Both the position numbers and the translations under genes were made by a program. 59,812 nucleotides of DNA from Clostridia bacterium (lineage in GTDB: Bacteria; Bacillota; Clostridia; Oscillospirales; CAG-272), in contig JAFYPJ010000027.1 of the NCBI GenBank assembly GCA_017547545.1, positions 1 to 59,812 of the forward strand, written 5' to 3'. Shown one piece after another: positions 46,318 through 55,495 of this stretch (its first letter is position 1; each line of letters opens with the position of its first letter). Below the pieces are notes generated by a model, which was not told the DNA's origin, made no database searches, and worked only from the letters and a program-made list of their open reading frames with translations.

Positions 46318-47310
46318 CTAAATAACTATTTTGTCAATTTTCTGTAGTTCTTCTTCGCTGAATGAAAGATTTTTTGTCATATTAAGGTTTTCAATTATTT
46401 GTTCGGGCTTTGAAGCACCTATAAGGACACTTGTGATCTCTTGGCGGCGGTATAGCCATGCAAGAGACATCTGCGCAAGTGTCTGATTTCTGTTTTTGGC
46501 AATTTCGTTGAGCTTTTCTGTTTTGTAAATTAATTCTGCAGAAACAGAAGCTTCTTTTAAAAATCTTCCGTCCGTCATTATACGGCTATCCGTTGGGATT
46601 CCGTTAAGATAGCGGTTACTCAAAAGCCCCTGTGCCAAGGGGCTGAAGATTATCATACCCTTTTTTTCCGAAATTGCGGCATCAAGAATTCCGTTTTTTT
46701 CAACAGTTCTGTCTAATATAGAATATCGGTTTTGATTTATCACAAAGGGGCAATGAAGTTCGTTTAATATTTTTGCAGCCTCTTTCATTTTGGTCCCCTC
46801 ATAATTTGAAAGTCCAATATACAGAGCTTTTCCGCTTTTTACAATATCATTAAGAGCCCACATGGTTTCATAAAGGGGGGTATCGGGATCGGGACGGTGG
46901 TGATAGAAAATATCAACATATTCGAGCCCCATTCTTTTAAGGCTTTGGTCAAGGCTTGCAATAAGATACTTTCTGTTTCCGTTATCTCCGTAAGGTCCTT
47001 GCCACATATTATAGCCGGCCTTTGTACTGATTATCAATTCATCGCGATATGCCCTCATATGTTCGTTTAGGATTTTTCCGAAATTCCTTTCGGCACTTCC
47101 CGGAGCAGGCCCGTAATTATTTGCTAAATCAAAATGAGTGATACCGTGATCAAAGGCGGTAAAACACATTCTGCACATATTTTCAAAGTTGGAATTATCG
47201 CCGAAATTATGCCATAAGCCAAGGGATATGGCAGGAAGCTTTAATCCGCTGTCACCGCATTTTCTGTATATCTGTGAATCGTATCTGTTTTCCTTTGCGC
47301 TGTATTTCAT
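46318..47310 (-). CDS. aldo/keto reductase (YghZ / L-glyceraldehyde-3-phosphate reductase-like)
   Basis: Trimmed to the ATG at 47310 (MKYSAKENRY), with AAAGGGGAAAG upstream. Motifs LPAISLGLWHNFG, HFDLANNYG and VDIFYHHRPD. Confidence 0.85.
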   Translation of the reverse strand: MKYSAKENRYDSQIYRKCGDSGLKLPAISLGLWHNFGDNSNFENMCRMCFTAFDHGITHFDLANNYGPAPGSAERNFGKILNEHMRAYRDELIISTKAGYNMWQGPYGDNGNRKYLIASLDQSLKRMGLEYVDIFYHHRPDPDTPLYETMWALNDIVKSGKALYIGLSNYEGTKMKEAAKILNELHCPFVINQNRYSILDRTVEKNGILDAAISEKKGMIIFSPLAQGLLSNRYLNGIPTDSRIMTDGRFLKEASVSAELIYKTEKLNEIAKNRNQTLAQMSLAWLYRRQEITSVLIGASKPEQIIENLNMTKNLSFSEEELQKIDKIVI

Positions 47311-47428
47311 AACTTTCCCCTTTTCGGTTGAATTTAATATAATTATTATAACCCGTAAATAAAAACATTTCAATATTTTATTATATTCTTATAGTTTAAT
47401 ATATAATTTGTAATATTATGTAACATTA

Positions 47429-47457
47429 TTGAAAAAACACTGTTGGTGTGTTATAAT
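47429..47457 (+). promoter_or_regulatory. promoter TTGAAA-17-TGtTATAAT
   Basis: -35 at 47429-47434 and an extended -10 at 47449-47457, 56 nt upstream of the ATG at 47513. Confidence 0.5.
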
Positions 47458-47512
47458 GTAGGCAACACAGTAGTATTGAGAGAAATATTGCAAGATTTAC
47501 AGGAGGTTTAAA

Positions 47513-49081
47513 ATGTTTATAACAAAAAGAAAGATTATTGCATTGGCTTTAACACTTATTTTCCTTTTGAGTCTTTGTGCGTGCGGTGGCAAAAAGGATA
47601 ATTACAGCGTTGGTACTCTAACAGAGGATGGCAAATTGGTATGGTATTTCGGCGGTGACGGACTGTTTTCGGCGGATACTGATGTAGAAAGCTATTTTGA
47701 GGGTATAGATGACACGGTTGATCCGGCAAGCATATACAGTTCTTTGGAGTTTACCGAAGAAATGATATACGGTTCTTATACACTTAATAACAGTGAAAAG
47801 GATATTGATAAGGTAAGAGAAGATATTCCTTTTGAAGAAGTAAATTTCAAGGACGGTGCTCTTAGTGTATCATCACTTCCCGTAGCTGTATTTTTCGGCG
47901 CAGATCATGTTTGTAACTCAGAAACCTCTTACAATTACGGAGATTTTCAGGATGTGAAAGATATAGAGGTTGCTGTTATCAAGCTTGCAACCAAAGATAA
48001 GGTTGGTACTGTTATCTGTTCCTATGAACTTAACGGTAACAGCGTTACATTCAAACAGCTTGAGCAGAACAATAAAGCCGGAGAGGATTTCAGCTATGAA
48101 TATACCGGTGTTGAATTTACATACAATTTTGAACTTTGCGGTCCTTATTTCACATTTTCCAAGGGTACAAGCTCTCTTCAGTTAAAGGCATTCTGCTTTA
48201 CCGAAAATGTGAGCGACAAGGCAGGAATCAGCGGATATTCTCTCATTGATTCTCCCCTTATAGACGAACTTGATTATTTTGCAAGCTCGGAAAATTGGAA
48301 CTATGCTGTAAGACGCGATGGCAGCTATTATGATACCTCTGCATACAAAATGACCGATGACGGCATATTTACCGCATATCTTTCCGATAAGCCCGTAGAA
48401 GGCGAAGAAGAGGTTTTCACAAATCAGTATGCATATATTATACAAAGTGATGCAAGTGCATTCTTTAACACTTTCGGTATAATCCTTCTTGATGGTGAAA
48501 AGCAGTATTATTATACCGATGATATTACCGCAAGAGAAGCGCGTACTCTTGAAGATCAGGGTGTTGATGTAAGCGGACTTACAGAGGAAAAGATAAAGGA
48601 AATTGCAGAAAAGAAATCTGATCTCTTTGATGATCTTTACAATGAATTTGAAACGCAGGGAATCAATGTAACAGTTAACCGCAGTACAGGTGAAATTGCA
48701 ATGGATTCCTCCGTATTGTTCGGTGGAGATTCTGCCCTTCTCAATGATGAAGGAAAGCAGCTGCTTGATAAGTTCCTTGCGGCATATACATCTATTATCT
48801 ACAGTGAAAAATATGACGGCTTTATAACCAAAACAATGGTTGAGGGCCATATTGCACCAATTGCAGGCAGTACCTATGAAAGCGGACTTCCTCTTTCGGA
48901 GGAAAGAGCCAATAATGTTAAGGATTATTGTGTTTCATCAGAAACAGATTCAAGACTTTCTTCAACTCTTGAAGCGGTAGGTTTGTCTAATACCAAGCCT
49001 ATATACGATGCAAACGGTGAAGTTGATCTTGCAGCATGCAGAAGAGTATCTTTCCGTTTCTTAGTGAATATCGAAGAGTAA
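47513..49081 (+). CDS. lipoprotein with C-terminal OmpA/MotB-like peptidoglycan-binding domain
   Basis: Lipobox LLSLCAC|G. The C-terminal ~130 aa (SSVLFGGDSALLNDEGKQLLDKF...VEGHIAP...LSEERANNVKDY...NTKPIY...CRRVSFRF) resembles OmpA_C. Confidence 0.6.
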   Translation: MFITKRKIIALALTLIFLLSLCACGGKKDNYSVGTLTEDGKLVWYFGGDGLFSADTDVESYFEGIDDTVDPASIYSSLEFTEEMIYGSYTLNNSEKDIDKVREDIPFEEVNFKDGALSVSSLPVAVFFGADHVCNSETSYNYGDFQDVKDIEVAVIKLATKDKVGTVICSYELNGNSVTFKQLEQNNKAGEDFSYEYTGVEFTYNFELCGPYFTFSKGTSSLQLKAFCFTENVSDKAGISGYSLIDSPLIDELDYFASSENWNYAVRRDGSYYDTSAYKMTDDGIFTAYLSDKPVEGEEEVFTNQYAYIIQSDASAFFNTFGIILLDGEKQYYYTDDITAREARTLEDQGVDVSGLTEEKIKEIAEKKSDLFDDLYNEFETQGINVTVNRSTGEIAMDSSVLFGGDSALLNDEGKQLLDKFLAAYTSIIYSEKYDGFITKTMVEGHIAPIAGSTYESGLPLSEERANNVKDYCVSSETDSRLSSTLEAVGLSNTKPIYDANGEVDLAACRRVSFRFLVNIEE

Positions 49082-49090
49082 TTAAAAAAC

Positions 49091-49119
49091 AGCAGGACCG
49101 TGAACTTCATGGTCCTGTT
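49091..49119 (+). terminator. hairpin terminator candidate
   Basis: AGCAGGACC-11 nt-GGTCCTGTT stem. The T run is weak. Confidence 0.4.
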
Positions 49120-49148
49120 AACAAATTTAAGAAATAAAAAACAGTATA

Positions 49149-49907
49149 ATGAATAGTTATCTTAAAAATCTTGAAAAAATAGAATTTGTTATAACAAACT
49201 CGTGTACGGGAAAATGTAAGCATTGTTCAGAGGGAAACCATTTATCCAACGGCATATCTATAGATGTTGAAGCAGCAGTAAATGCTTTAAAAGCTGTTAC
49301 GGAAATATATAAAATTAAAACCGTAATGACCTTTGGCGGTGAGCCCCTTTTGCATCCCGAAACTGTGGCGGCCATTCATTGCGTTGCCCGTGATAGGGGG
49401 GTGGAAAAAAGGCAGGTTATTACAAACGGATTTTTTTCAAAGGATAGTAACTGTATACATAAGGTTGCGCGGATGCTTTTTGCGGCGGGTGTAAATGATC
49501 TGCTGCTTTCGGTGGATTGTTTTCATCAGGAATTTATTCCTAGTGATACGGTAAAACTGTTTGCAGAAGAGGCCTTGAGTGTAGGATTGCCTATCCGCAC
49601 ACAGCCTGCATGGCTTGTTAGTAAAGAGGATGATAATCCGTTTAATCTTAAAACAAAGGAAATACTGTCCGAATTTAAAAAAATCGGTATAGAAGAAAAC
49701 AAGGGGAATGTCATTTTCCCTCAAGGAAATGCTCTTGTATATTTCAAAGAGTATTTCGCGGATAATATCCCTGAAAACCCTTATATCGAGGATCCCGAAA
49801 ATATCAGGTGCATATCCTTTGATCCTCAAGGGAATGTTCTTGATGAAAGTATCTATAAAAAGGATATAAAGGAAATTTTGAACAACTATAAACCAAAGTT
49901 AAGGTGA
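49149..49907 (+). CDS. small radical SAM protein
   Basis: CTGKCKHC (CxxxCxxC) at residues 19-26 and the GGEPLL motif. 252 aa. No obvious Shine-Dalgarno site. Confidence 0.7.
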   Translation: MNSYLKNLEKIEFVITNSCTGKCKHCSEGNHLSNGISIDVEAAVNALKAVTEIYKIKTVMTFGGEPLLHPETVAAIHCVARDRGVEKRQVITNGFFSKDSNCIHKVARMLFAAGVNDLLLSVDCFHQEFIPSDTVKLFAEEALSVGLPIRTQPAWLVSKEDDNPFNLKTKEILSEFKKIGIEENKGNVIFPQGNALVYFKEYFADNIPENPYIEDPENIRCISFDPQGNVLDESIYKKDIKEILNNYKPKLR

Positions 49908-49916
49908 GGTGAAAGT

Positions 49917-50951
49917 ATGCCGTTACAAATAATTCGCCGGGATATAACAAAAATGCAGGTGGATGCCATTGTAAATACTACCAATGAAGAAATGGTCGGT
50001 TACAGCGGTGTTGACCTTGCTGTACACGAAGGTGCAGGGCCTATGCTTGATGCAGAATGCGCCAGGATAGCTCCGCTTGGACTTGGTACGGCTAAAATTA
50101 CAAGCGGATATAATCTCGATGCCAAGTATATTATTCACACTTCCGGTCCTGTATGGCAAGGCGGACTTGTTGGAGAAAGCATTATATTGAAATCCTGCTA
50201 TATCGAATCTCTCAAACTTGCTGTGGTTCACGGTTGCAATTCTATCGCTTTTCCCCTTATTTCATCCGGTACATACGGCTATCCAAAAGACCAAGTGTTA
50301 AAATTTGCTATTCAGGTAATAACGGAATTTCTGTTTGAGCACGAATTGACGGTATACATCTGTGTATATGACCGAAGCTCCTATGAGTTCAGCAAAGAAT
50401 TGTTTTCAGATATTACCGAATTTATAGAAGACGAGGATGAAGAGAAAGAACAGGAAGATTTATACGAAGATAGTTCGGAATCTGCGGATCTGTTATGCGA
50501 ATCCATAATATTAAAGGAAGCTTTACCCACGGTGGGAAAAGCCGAAGCCTGCAAATGTAAATATAACAGAGCCACCGATAAAAATCTCGAAGAATATATG
50601 AAGGCAATGGATAAGTCCTTTGCATACAAGTTGTTCGACCTGATCGACGAACGGGGCATGACCGATGTTGAGTGTTATAAAAAAGCCAACATAGACAAAA
50701 AGACCTTTTCTAAAATCAAATGTAATCCAAATACATACAGACCGTCTAAACAAACTGCCGTTGCCTTTGCAATAGCTCTGAAATTGAATTTAGACGAAAC
50801 ACAGGCTCTGCTTGCATCTGCCGGACTTACATTATCGCGCAGTTTTGTGTTTGATAAAATAATCCGTTATTTTATTCAAAAGGAGATCTATGATATTTTT
50901 GAAATAAACGAGGCATTGTTTGAATTCGATCAAGTGCTTTTGGGTTGTTGA
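49917..50951 (+). CDS. MacroD/YmdB-type macro domain fused to a C-terminal XRE-like HTH domain
   Basis: Macro motifs DAIVNTTNEEMVGYSGVD, AKYIIHTSGP and SIAFPLISSGTYGYP. An acidic linker follows, then MTDVECYKKANIDKKTFSKIK...QTAVAFAIALKLNLDETQALLASAG. Confidence 0.8.
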   Translation: MPLQIIRRDITKMQVDAIVNTTNEEMVGYSGVDLAVHEGAGPMLDAECARIAPLGLGTAKITSGYNLDAKYIIHTSGPVWQGGLVGESIILKSCYIESLKLAVVHGCNSIAFPLISSGTYGYPKDQVLKFAIQVITEFLFEHELTVYICVYDRSSYEFSKELFSDITEFIEDEDEEKEQEDLYEDSSESADLLCESIILKEALPTVGKAEACKCKYNRATDKNLEEYMKAMDKSFAYKLFDLIDERGMTDVECYKKANIDKKTFSKIKCNPNTYRPSKQTAVAFAIALKLNLDETQALLASAGLTLSRSFVFDKIIRYFIQKEIYDIFEINEALFEFDQVLLGC

Positions 50952-50998
50952 TTAAAAGTCTCCCGGCAAGCGACCATTTCAATTTAATAAACCGGTAT

Positions 50999-51046
50999 AA
51001 TGTGGTTGTAAGGTTAAGAAAGCCTTGCAACCACATTTTCTTTTTG
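50999..51046 (+). terminator. strong rho-independent terminator
   Basis: 15-bp stem AATGTGGTTGTAAGG/CCTTGCAACCACATT (one G-U pair) followed by TTCTTTTT. Confidence 0.8.
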
Positions 51047-51058
51047 GAGGTATGCAAG

Positions 51059-51856
51059 ATGATTGGCGTAATTATTGGTGACGTTGTAGGCTCAAGATTT
51101 GAGTTCGATAACTACAAGTCAAGGGACTTTGAGATGTTTGATAAGGAGTGTGATTTTACAGACGATTCAGTTATGACGCTGGCAATAGCAAAGGCTCTGC
51201 ATCCGTACGAAACTATTACCGATTACGAGGTTTTCAAGAAAGAACTTGTAGCGGTAATGCATGAGGTTGGAATGAGATACCCTCACTGTGGCTATGGTGG
51301 TCGTTTCTGCGTGTGGATGATGAAGAACCATACAGAACCCTATAATAGCTATGGAAATGGTTCTGCGATGCGTGTAGCACCAGTAGGGTGGTTTGCAAGC
51401 ACGCTTGAAGAGTGCGAAGCGTTGGCGGCGGCAACGGCAGAGGTAACTCATAACCACCCGGAAGGAATAAAGGGTGCGGTCGCGGTAGCCGGAGCAATTT
51501 ATCTCGCAAAAACCGGCAGTACAATGGAGGAAATCAAGGAATACATCAAACAGTATTACACCATCGACTTCACCCTTGATGAAATTCGTGAAGATTACGA
51601 TTTTTACGAGATCTGCCAGAAATCGGTTCCCCAGGCATTGGAAGCGTTCTTTGAATCCACAAGCTTTGAGGATGCAATTCGTAATGCCATCTCCATCGGT
51701 GGCGACAGCGATACCATTGCAGCAATAACCGGATCTGTTGCCGAAGCCTTTTACGGCACAGATAATGATATGAAAGATACGGTACTTTCATATCTGGATA
51801 CCTATCTTTTAGAAATTGCCGAAAACTTTGTAAAGAAATTTATTGATAAGGAGTAA
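51059..51856 (+). CDS. ADP-ribosylglycohydrolase (ARH/DraG family)
   Basis: Trimmed to the ATG at 51059, with GGAGG 8 nt upstream. Motifs GDVVGSRFEF, TDDSVMTLAIA, GNGSAMRVAPVG and GGDSDTIAAITGSVAEAFYG. Confidence 0.85.
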   Translation: MIGVIIGDVVGSRFEFDNYKSRDFEMFDKECDFTDDSVMTLAIAKALHPYETITDYEVFKKELVAVMHEVGMRYPHCGYGGRFCVWMMKNHTEPYNSYGNGSAMRVAPVGWFASTLEECEALAAATAEVTHNHPEGIKGAVAVAGAIYLAKTGSTMEEIKEYIKQYYTIDFTLDEIREDYDFYEICQKSVPQALEAFFESTSFEDAIRNAISIGGDSDTIAAITGSVAEAFYGTDNDMKDTVLSYLDTYLLEIAENFVKKFIDKE

Positions 51857-51861
51857 TAATC

Positions 51862-52524
51862 ATGGAAAGAAAAAATAACATTACAGAACTCGTATTTATT
51901 CTCGACAGAAGCGGATCTATGTCCGGCCTTGAATCGGATACTATCGGAGGTTTTAACTCTATGATCGAAAAGCAACGCAAGGAATACGGCGAATGCTATG
52001 TATCTACAGTGCTCTTTGATAATGACAGTGAAGTGCTTCATGACAGAGTGAAGCTTTCCGAGATCAAAGCTATGACCGACAAAGAATATACCGTCCGCGG
52101 CTGTACAGCTCTTATAGATGCACTTGGCGGTGCGATTCATCATATTGGTAACATTCACAAGTATGCTCGCCCCGAGGATGTACCGGCACACACGATGTTT
52201 ATTATCACCACCGACGGTCAGGAAAATGCAAGTCATAAATATACAAGCCAGAGTGTTAAACGCATGATCGAGCGTCAGAAAGAAAGGTACGGTTGGGAAT
52301 TCCTTTTCATCGGTGCGAATATTGATGCAGTGGAAACAGCGGCAAAATACGGTATAGACAGGGAGCGTGCGGTAAATTATAATGCCGACGGCAAGGGCAC
52401 CAAAATTCTATATGAATCGGTATCCAAGGCGGTTTGCAGTATGCGTAACTGCGATGCGGTTTGTGCGGATTGGAGCGAGGAAATCAATGCCGATTATCAA
52501 AAAAGAAGCAAAAAATCCCGCTAA
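51862..52524 (+). CDS. cytoplasmic von Willebrand factor A (vWA) domain protein
   Basis: MIDAS motif VFILDRSGSMS, plus GCTALIDAL and IITTDGQEN. 220 aa, starting 5 nt after the ARH stop. Confidence 0.8.
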   Translation: MERKNNITELVFILDRSGSMSGLESDTIGGFNSMIEKQRKEYGECYVSTVLFDNDSEVLHDRVKLSEIKAMTDKEYTVRGCTALIDALGGAIHHIGNIHKYARPEDVPAHTMFIITTDGQENASHKYTSQSVKRMIERQKERYGWEFLFIGANIDAVETAAKYGIDRERAVNYNADGKGTKILYESVSKAVCSMRNCDAVCADWSEEINADYQKRSKKSR

Positions 52525-52598
52525 AGTCCGTTTTTTTGGACATCCAAGAATTTATAATGATATCAGAAAGCTCAGAAAAAACAAAATTGGAGGTTATT

Positions 52599-52763
52599 AT
52601 GGATAAAGGATTTTTTGGAATGCTTTTTGATTTAGACGGCAACGGTGAACTAGACAGCTTTGAACGGGCGTGTGATCTTGGTACTTTTGTTTCGATGCTG
52701 GAGGAAGAAGAGAAAAAAGAATTTTTCGATGATACCGGACTTGACACCGATGATTTTGAATGA
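52599..52763 (+). CDS. 54-aa acidic miniprotein with a canonical EF-hand loop
   Basis: GGAGG 5 nt upstream. The loop DLDGNGELDSFE fits the 12-residue D-x-D-x-N-G-x-L-D-x-x-E consensus. Confidence 0.5.
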   Translation: MDKGFFGMLFDLDGNGELDSFERACDLGTFVSMLEEEEKKEFFDDTGLDTDDFE

Positions 52764-52806
52764 TCTTTTTTGGTGTGTCAGAAACATTCGGAGATTGTTG
52801 TGAGAA

Positions 52807-52941
52807 ATGGATGATTACAATGCATTCAAAAGTACAATGAACAATTCGGAAGGCGGATGTGAAATCGGCTGCCTTTCTCCCGGAGTGATTGCCTTTCTTG
52901 TGATTTTGCTTGTCATATATCTTATAGGCAAACTTGGTTGA
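52807..52941 (+). CDS. possible 44-aa small membrane protein
   Basis: The ATG..TGA ORF is below the track cutoff. It has a C-terminal hydrophobic helix (VIAFLVILLVIYLIG) and a weak RBS. Speculative. Confidence 0.2.
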   Translation: MDDYNAFKSTMNNSEGGCEIGCLSPGVIAFLVILLVIYLIGKLG

Positions 52942-53022
52942 AATATGAAGCAAGAAATGGTATAATCAGAGTAATACAATACTTGAATTATTTAGGTTTA
53001 TATGCTATGATAAGAGAAGAAA

Positions 53023-53232
53023 ATGTCAAAAATACTAACAAAGGAAGAATTTAAGGAGCATCTTCATAAATATTATACCGAGCATTTCGGTAAAAGGGAA
53101 AGTGATATATTTTATGAATCCGACGCAGTCAATGTAATAACTTTTTTGCGTAACGGGAAATTTATTACCCTAAAATGTCATATTCTCAGCGGCGAGATTG
53201 AGAAATTTATTGAGGAAAGTTCAAAAGAATAA
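53023..53232 (+). CDS. hypothetical 69-aa protein
   Basis: ORF preceded by an extended -10 (TGgTATAAT, 52958-52966). No recognisable motif. Confidence 0.3.
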   Translation: MSKILTKEEFKEHLHKYYTEHFGKRESDIFYESDAVNVITFLRNGKFITLKCHILSGEIEKFIEESSKE

Positions 53233-53331
53233 AACGGTATAATAATTGTTTTATTTCGTATTCTTGAGATAATGCAGTTTGGCGAGCAAATAGAGACTAC
53301 GGATGGTATACGAATATAACGGAGTGTATAT

Positions 53332-53817
53332 ATGAAAAAAGTAATAGTGATCGGCTGTCCCGGAGCAGGCAAATCTACCTTTTCAAGGCTGCTTGGCGAA
53401 AAAACGGGTTTGCCTCTTTATCATCTTGATCTTATATGGCATAAGGCAGACAGAACCACCGTATCCCGCGCAGAATTTGATAGTGAGCTTAAAAAACTTA
53501 TTATGAAAAATGAGTGGATAATAGACGGAAATTACGGCAGAACTCTTGAAATGCGCCTTAAGGCTTGCGATACGGTTTTTCTTTTCGATCTTCCCACAGA
53601 GCTATGCCTTGAGGGAGCACTTTCTCGTATAGGTAAAAAACGTGAAGATATGCCTTGGGTTGAGGAGACTTTTGACGGGGAATTTAAGGAATGGATACTG
53701 AATTTTAATAAGGATCAGATGCCGTTGGTATATTCCTTGCTCGAAAAATATAAGGATAAAAATATAATTATTTTCAAATCGCATAAGGAGGTTGATGAAT
53801 ATGTTAAAGGACGGTAA
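53332..53817 (+). CDS. P-loop NTPase (adenylate-kinase-like / topology-modulation-protein-like)
   Basis: Walker A VIGCPGAGKSTF at the N-terminus. 161 aa. Confidence 0.7.
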   Translation: MKKVIVIGCPGAGKSTFSRLLGEKTGLPLYHLDLIWHKADRTTVSRAEFDSELKKLIMKNEWIIDGNYGRTLEMRLKACDTVFLFDLPTELCLEGALSRIGKKREDMPWVEETFDGEFKEWILNFNKDQMPLVYSLLEKYKDKNIIIFKSHKEVDEYVKGR

Positions 53818-54433
53818 GGGTGAAATGTTTTTCCCCGGAGAGGATTGGAGAGTTGAGAGAAAGAAAAAGACGCACGCGCTTAATCAGGAATACAATTCTT
53901 TAACTGAATATCAACCCGAAAAAAGAAAAGAGATCTTACGCGAAATACTTGGGGAGCTTAACGAAAATGTCGTTTGTCAGGGCCCTGTAACCTTTCACTA
54001 CGGTATACATACAAAAATAGGAAAGAATACCTTTATAAATTTCAACTTCACCTGTCAGGATGATTGCGAGGTAACGATAGGTGAAAATTGCGATTTCGGT
54101 CCCAATGTTACTATTGTTACTCCCATACATCCTCTATTACCCAATGAAAGAAGGGCACTTATGTGCCCTGACGGTGTTGGCAGACGCCTTTGTTATGCAA
54201 AGTCCGTTCATGTTGAAGATAACTGTTGGATATGTGCGGGTGTAACCATTCTCCCCGGTGTCACAATTGGTAAGGGTTGCGTTATCGGTGCGGGAAGTGT
54301 TGTAACCAAGGATATTCCGCCATTCTCCTTTGCCGCAGGAAACCCCTGCCGGGTTATCCGTGCCATAACCGAGGCAGATTCTATGGTAAATATGCCTGAA
54401 ATTTTGGGTGACTGCAAGGTTATTGAAGAATAG
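53801..54433 (+). CDS. maltose/galactoside-type sugar O-acetyltransferase (hexapeptide repeat)
   Basis: Left-handed beta-helix repeats (NCWICAGVTILPGVTIGKGCVIGAGSVVTKDIPPFSFAAGNPCRVIR). The ATG at 53801 lies 9 nt after GGAGG. Confidence 0.8.
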   Translation: MLKDGKGEMFFPGEDWRVERKKKTHALNQEYNSLTEYQPEKRKEILREILGELNENVVCQGPVTFHYGIHTKIGKNTFINFNFTCQDDCEVTIGENCDFGPNVTIVTPIHPLLPNERRALMCPDGVGRRLCYAKSVHVEDNCWICAGVTILPGVTIGKGCVIGAGSVVTKDIPPFSFAAGNPCRVIRAITEADSMVNMPEILGDCKVIEE

Positions 54434-54497
54434 ATATTGAAAAAACGATTATAATGTGATATAATAAAGTATCAATAAATTTTAAAGAGGTAATAAA

Positions 54498-55364
54498 ATG
54501 AATAAGCTTACAGATTGTTTTGAATTATCAAATGGCGTTAAGGTTCCTTGTCTCGGCTTTGGTACATATCTGATGCCTGCAGAGGAAACAAAGGCTTCTG
54601 TTCTTGCGGCATTAAAGGCAGGTTACCGTCATATCGATACCGCTTTTGCTTACGGTAACGAAGCTCCCGTTGGTGAAGCTATTAAGGAATCCGGCATTGC
54701 CCGTGAAGATATTTTTGTAACAACCAAGCATTGGATAATCGACCGCGGCTACGAAAAAACACTTGCTGCAATTGATACATCCCTTGCTAATCTCGGTCTT
54801 GATTATATCGACCTTTACCTTATCCATTGGCCTTGTGTTGAAAAGGTTACTCCCGATTGGGCAAAGATTAACGCTGAAACATGGCGCGGTTTTGAAGATG
54901 CTTACAAGGCAGGAAAAATCAAGGCTATCGGTGTAAGTAACTTCCAGAAGAAGCATATTGATGCACTTAATGAATATGCCGAAATCAAGCCTATGGTGAA
55001 TCAAGTTGAATTCCACCCCGGTTACCTCCAGATGGATACCGTTGAATACTCAAAGGAGCAGGGAATGCTTGTTCAGTCCTTCTGTCCCCTTGCAAACGGT
55101 GCTGTATTTAAGGATGATACAATGAAGGCAATGGCAGCGAAGTATGAAAGAAGTGTTGCACAGCTTACCCTCCGCTTTGTACTTCAGTGCGGTCTTAATC
55201 CCCTTACAAAGTCAGTTAACCCTGCAAGAATTGAAGAAAATTCAAAGATCTTTGATTTTGAAATTTCTGCCGAGGATATGGAAATAATTAAAGCACTTCC
55301 CGAAATGGGCTTTACAGGATGGCTTCCCGAAGAAGCTCCTGCTGATGCACTTGTAAACGGTTAA
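54498..55364 (+). CDS. aldo/keto reductase (DkgA/YvgN-like)
   Basis: GFGTY, GYRHIDTAFAYGNE and LDYIDLYLIHWP motifs. 288 aa. Confidence 0.88.
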   Translation: MNKLTDCFELSNGVKVPCLGFGTYLMPAEETKASVLAALKAGYRHIDTAFAYGNEAPVGEAIKESGIAREDIFVTTKHWIIDRGYEKTLAAIDTSLANLGLDYIDLYLIHWPCVEKVTPDWAKINAETWRGFEDAYKAGKIKAIGVSNFQKKHIDALNEYAEIKPMVNQVEFHPGYLQMDTVEYSKEQGMLVQSFCPLANGAVFKDDTMKAMAAKYERSVAQLTLRFVLQCGLNPLTKSVNPARIEENSKIFDFEISAEDMEIIKALPEMGFTGWLPEEAPADALVNG

Positions 55365-55371
55365 ATGTTTC

Positions 55372-55398
55372 GATCCCGTATTTTATACGGGATCTTTT
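55372..55398 (+). terminator. rho-independent terminator
   Basis: GATCCCGTA-TTTTA-TACGGGATC followed by TTTT. Confidence 0.85.
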
Positions 55399-55495
55399 AT
55401 TTATGAATTTTTAAATGACAAATTGTGAATATATATTGCATTCCGGTAATATCTGTGATATAATAATTATATTATGATATGTGAGGTGAACATAG

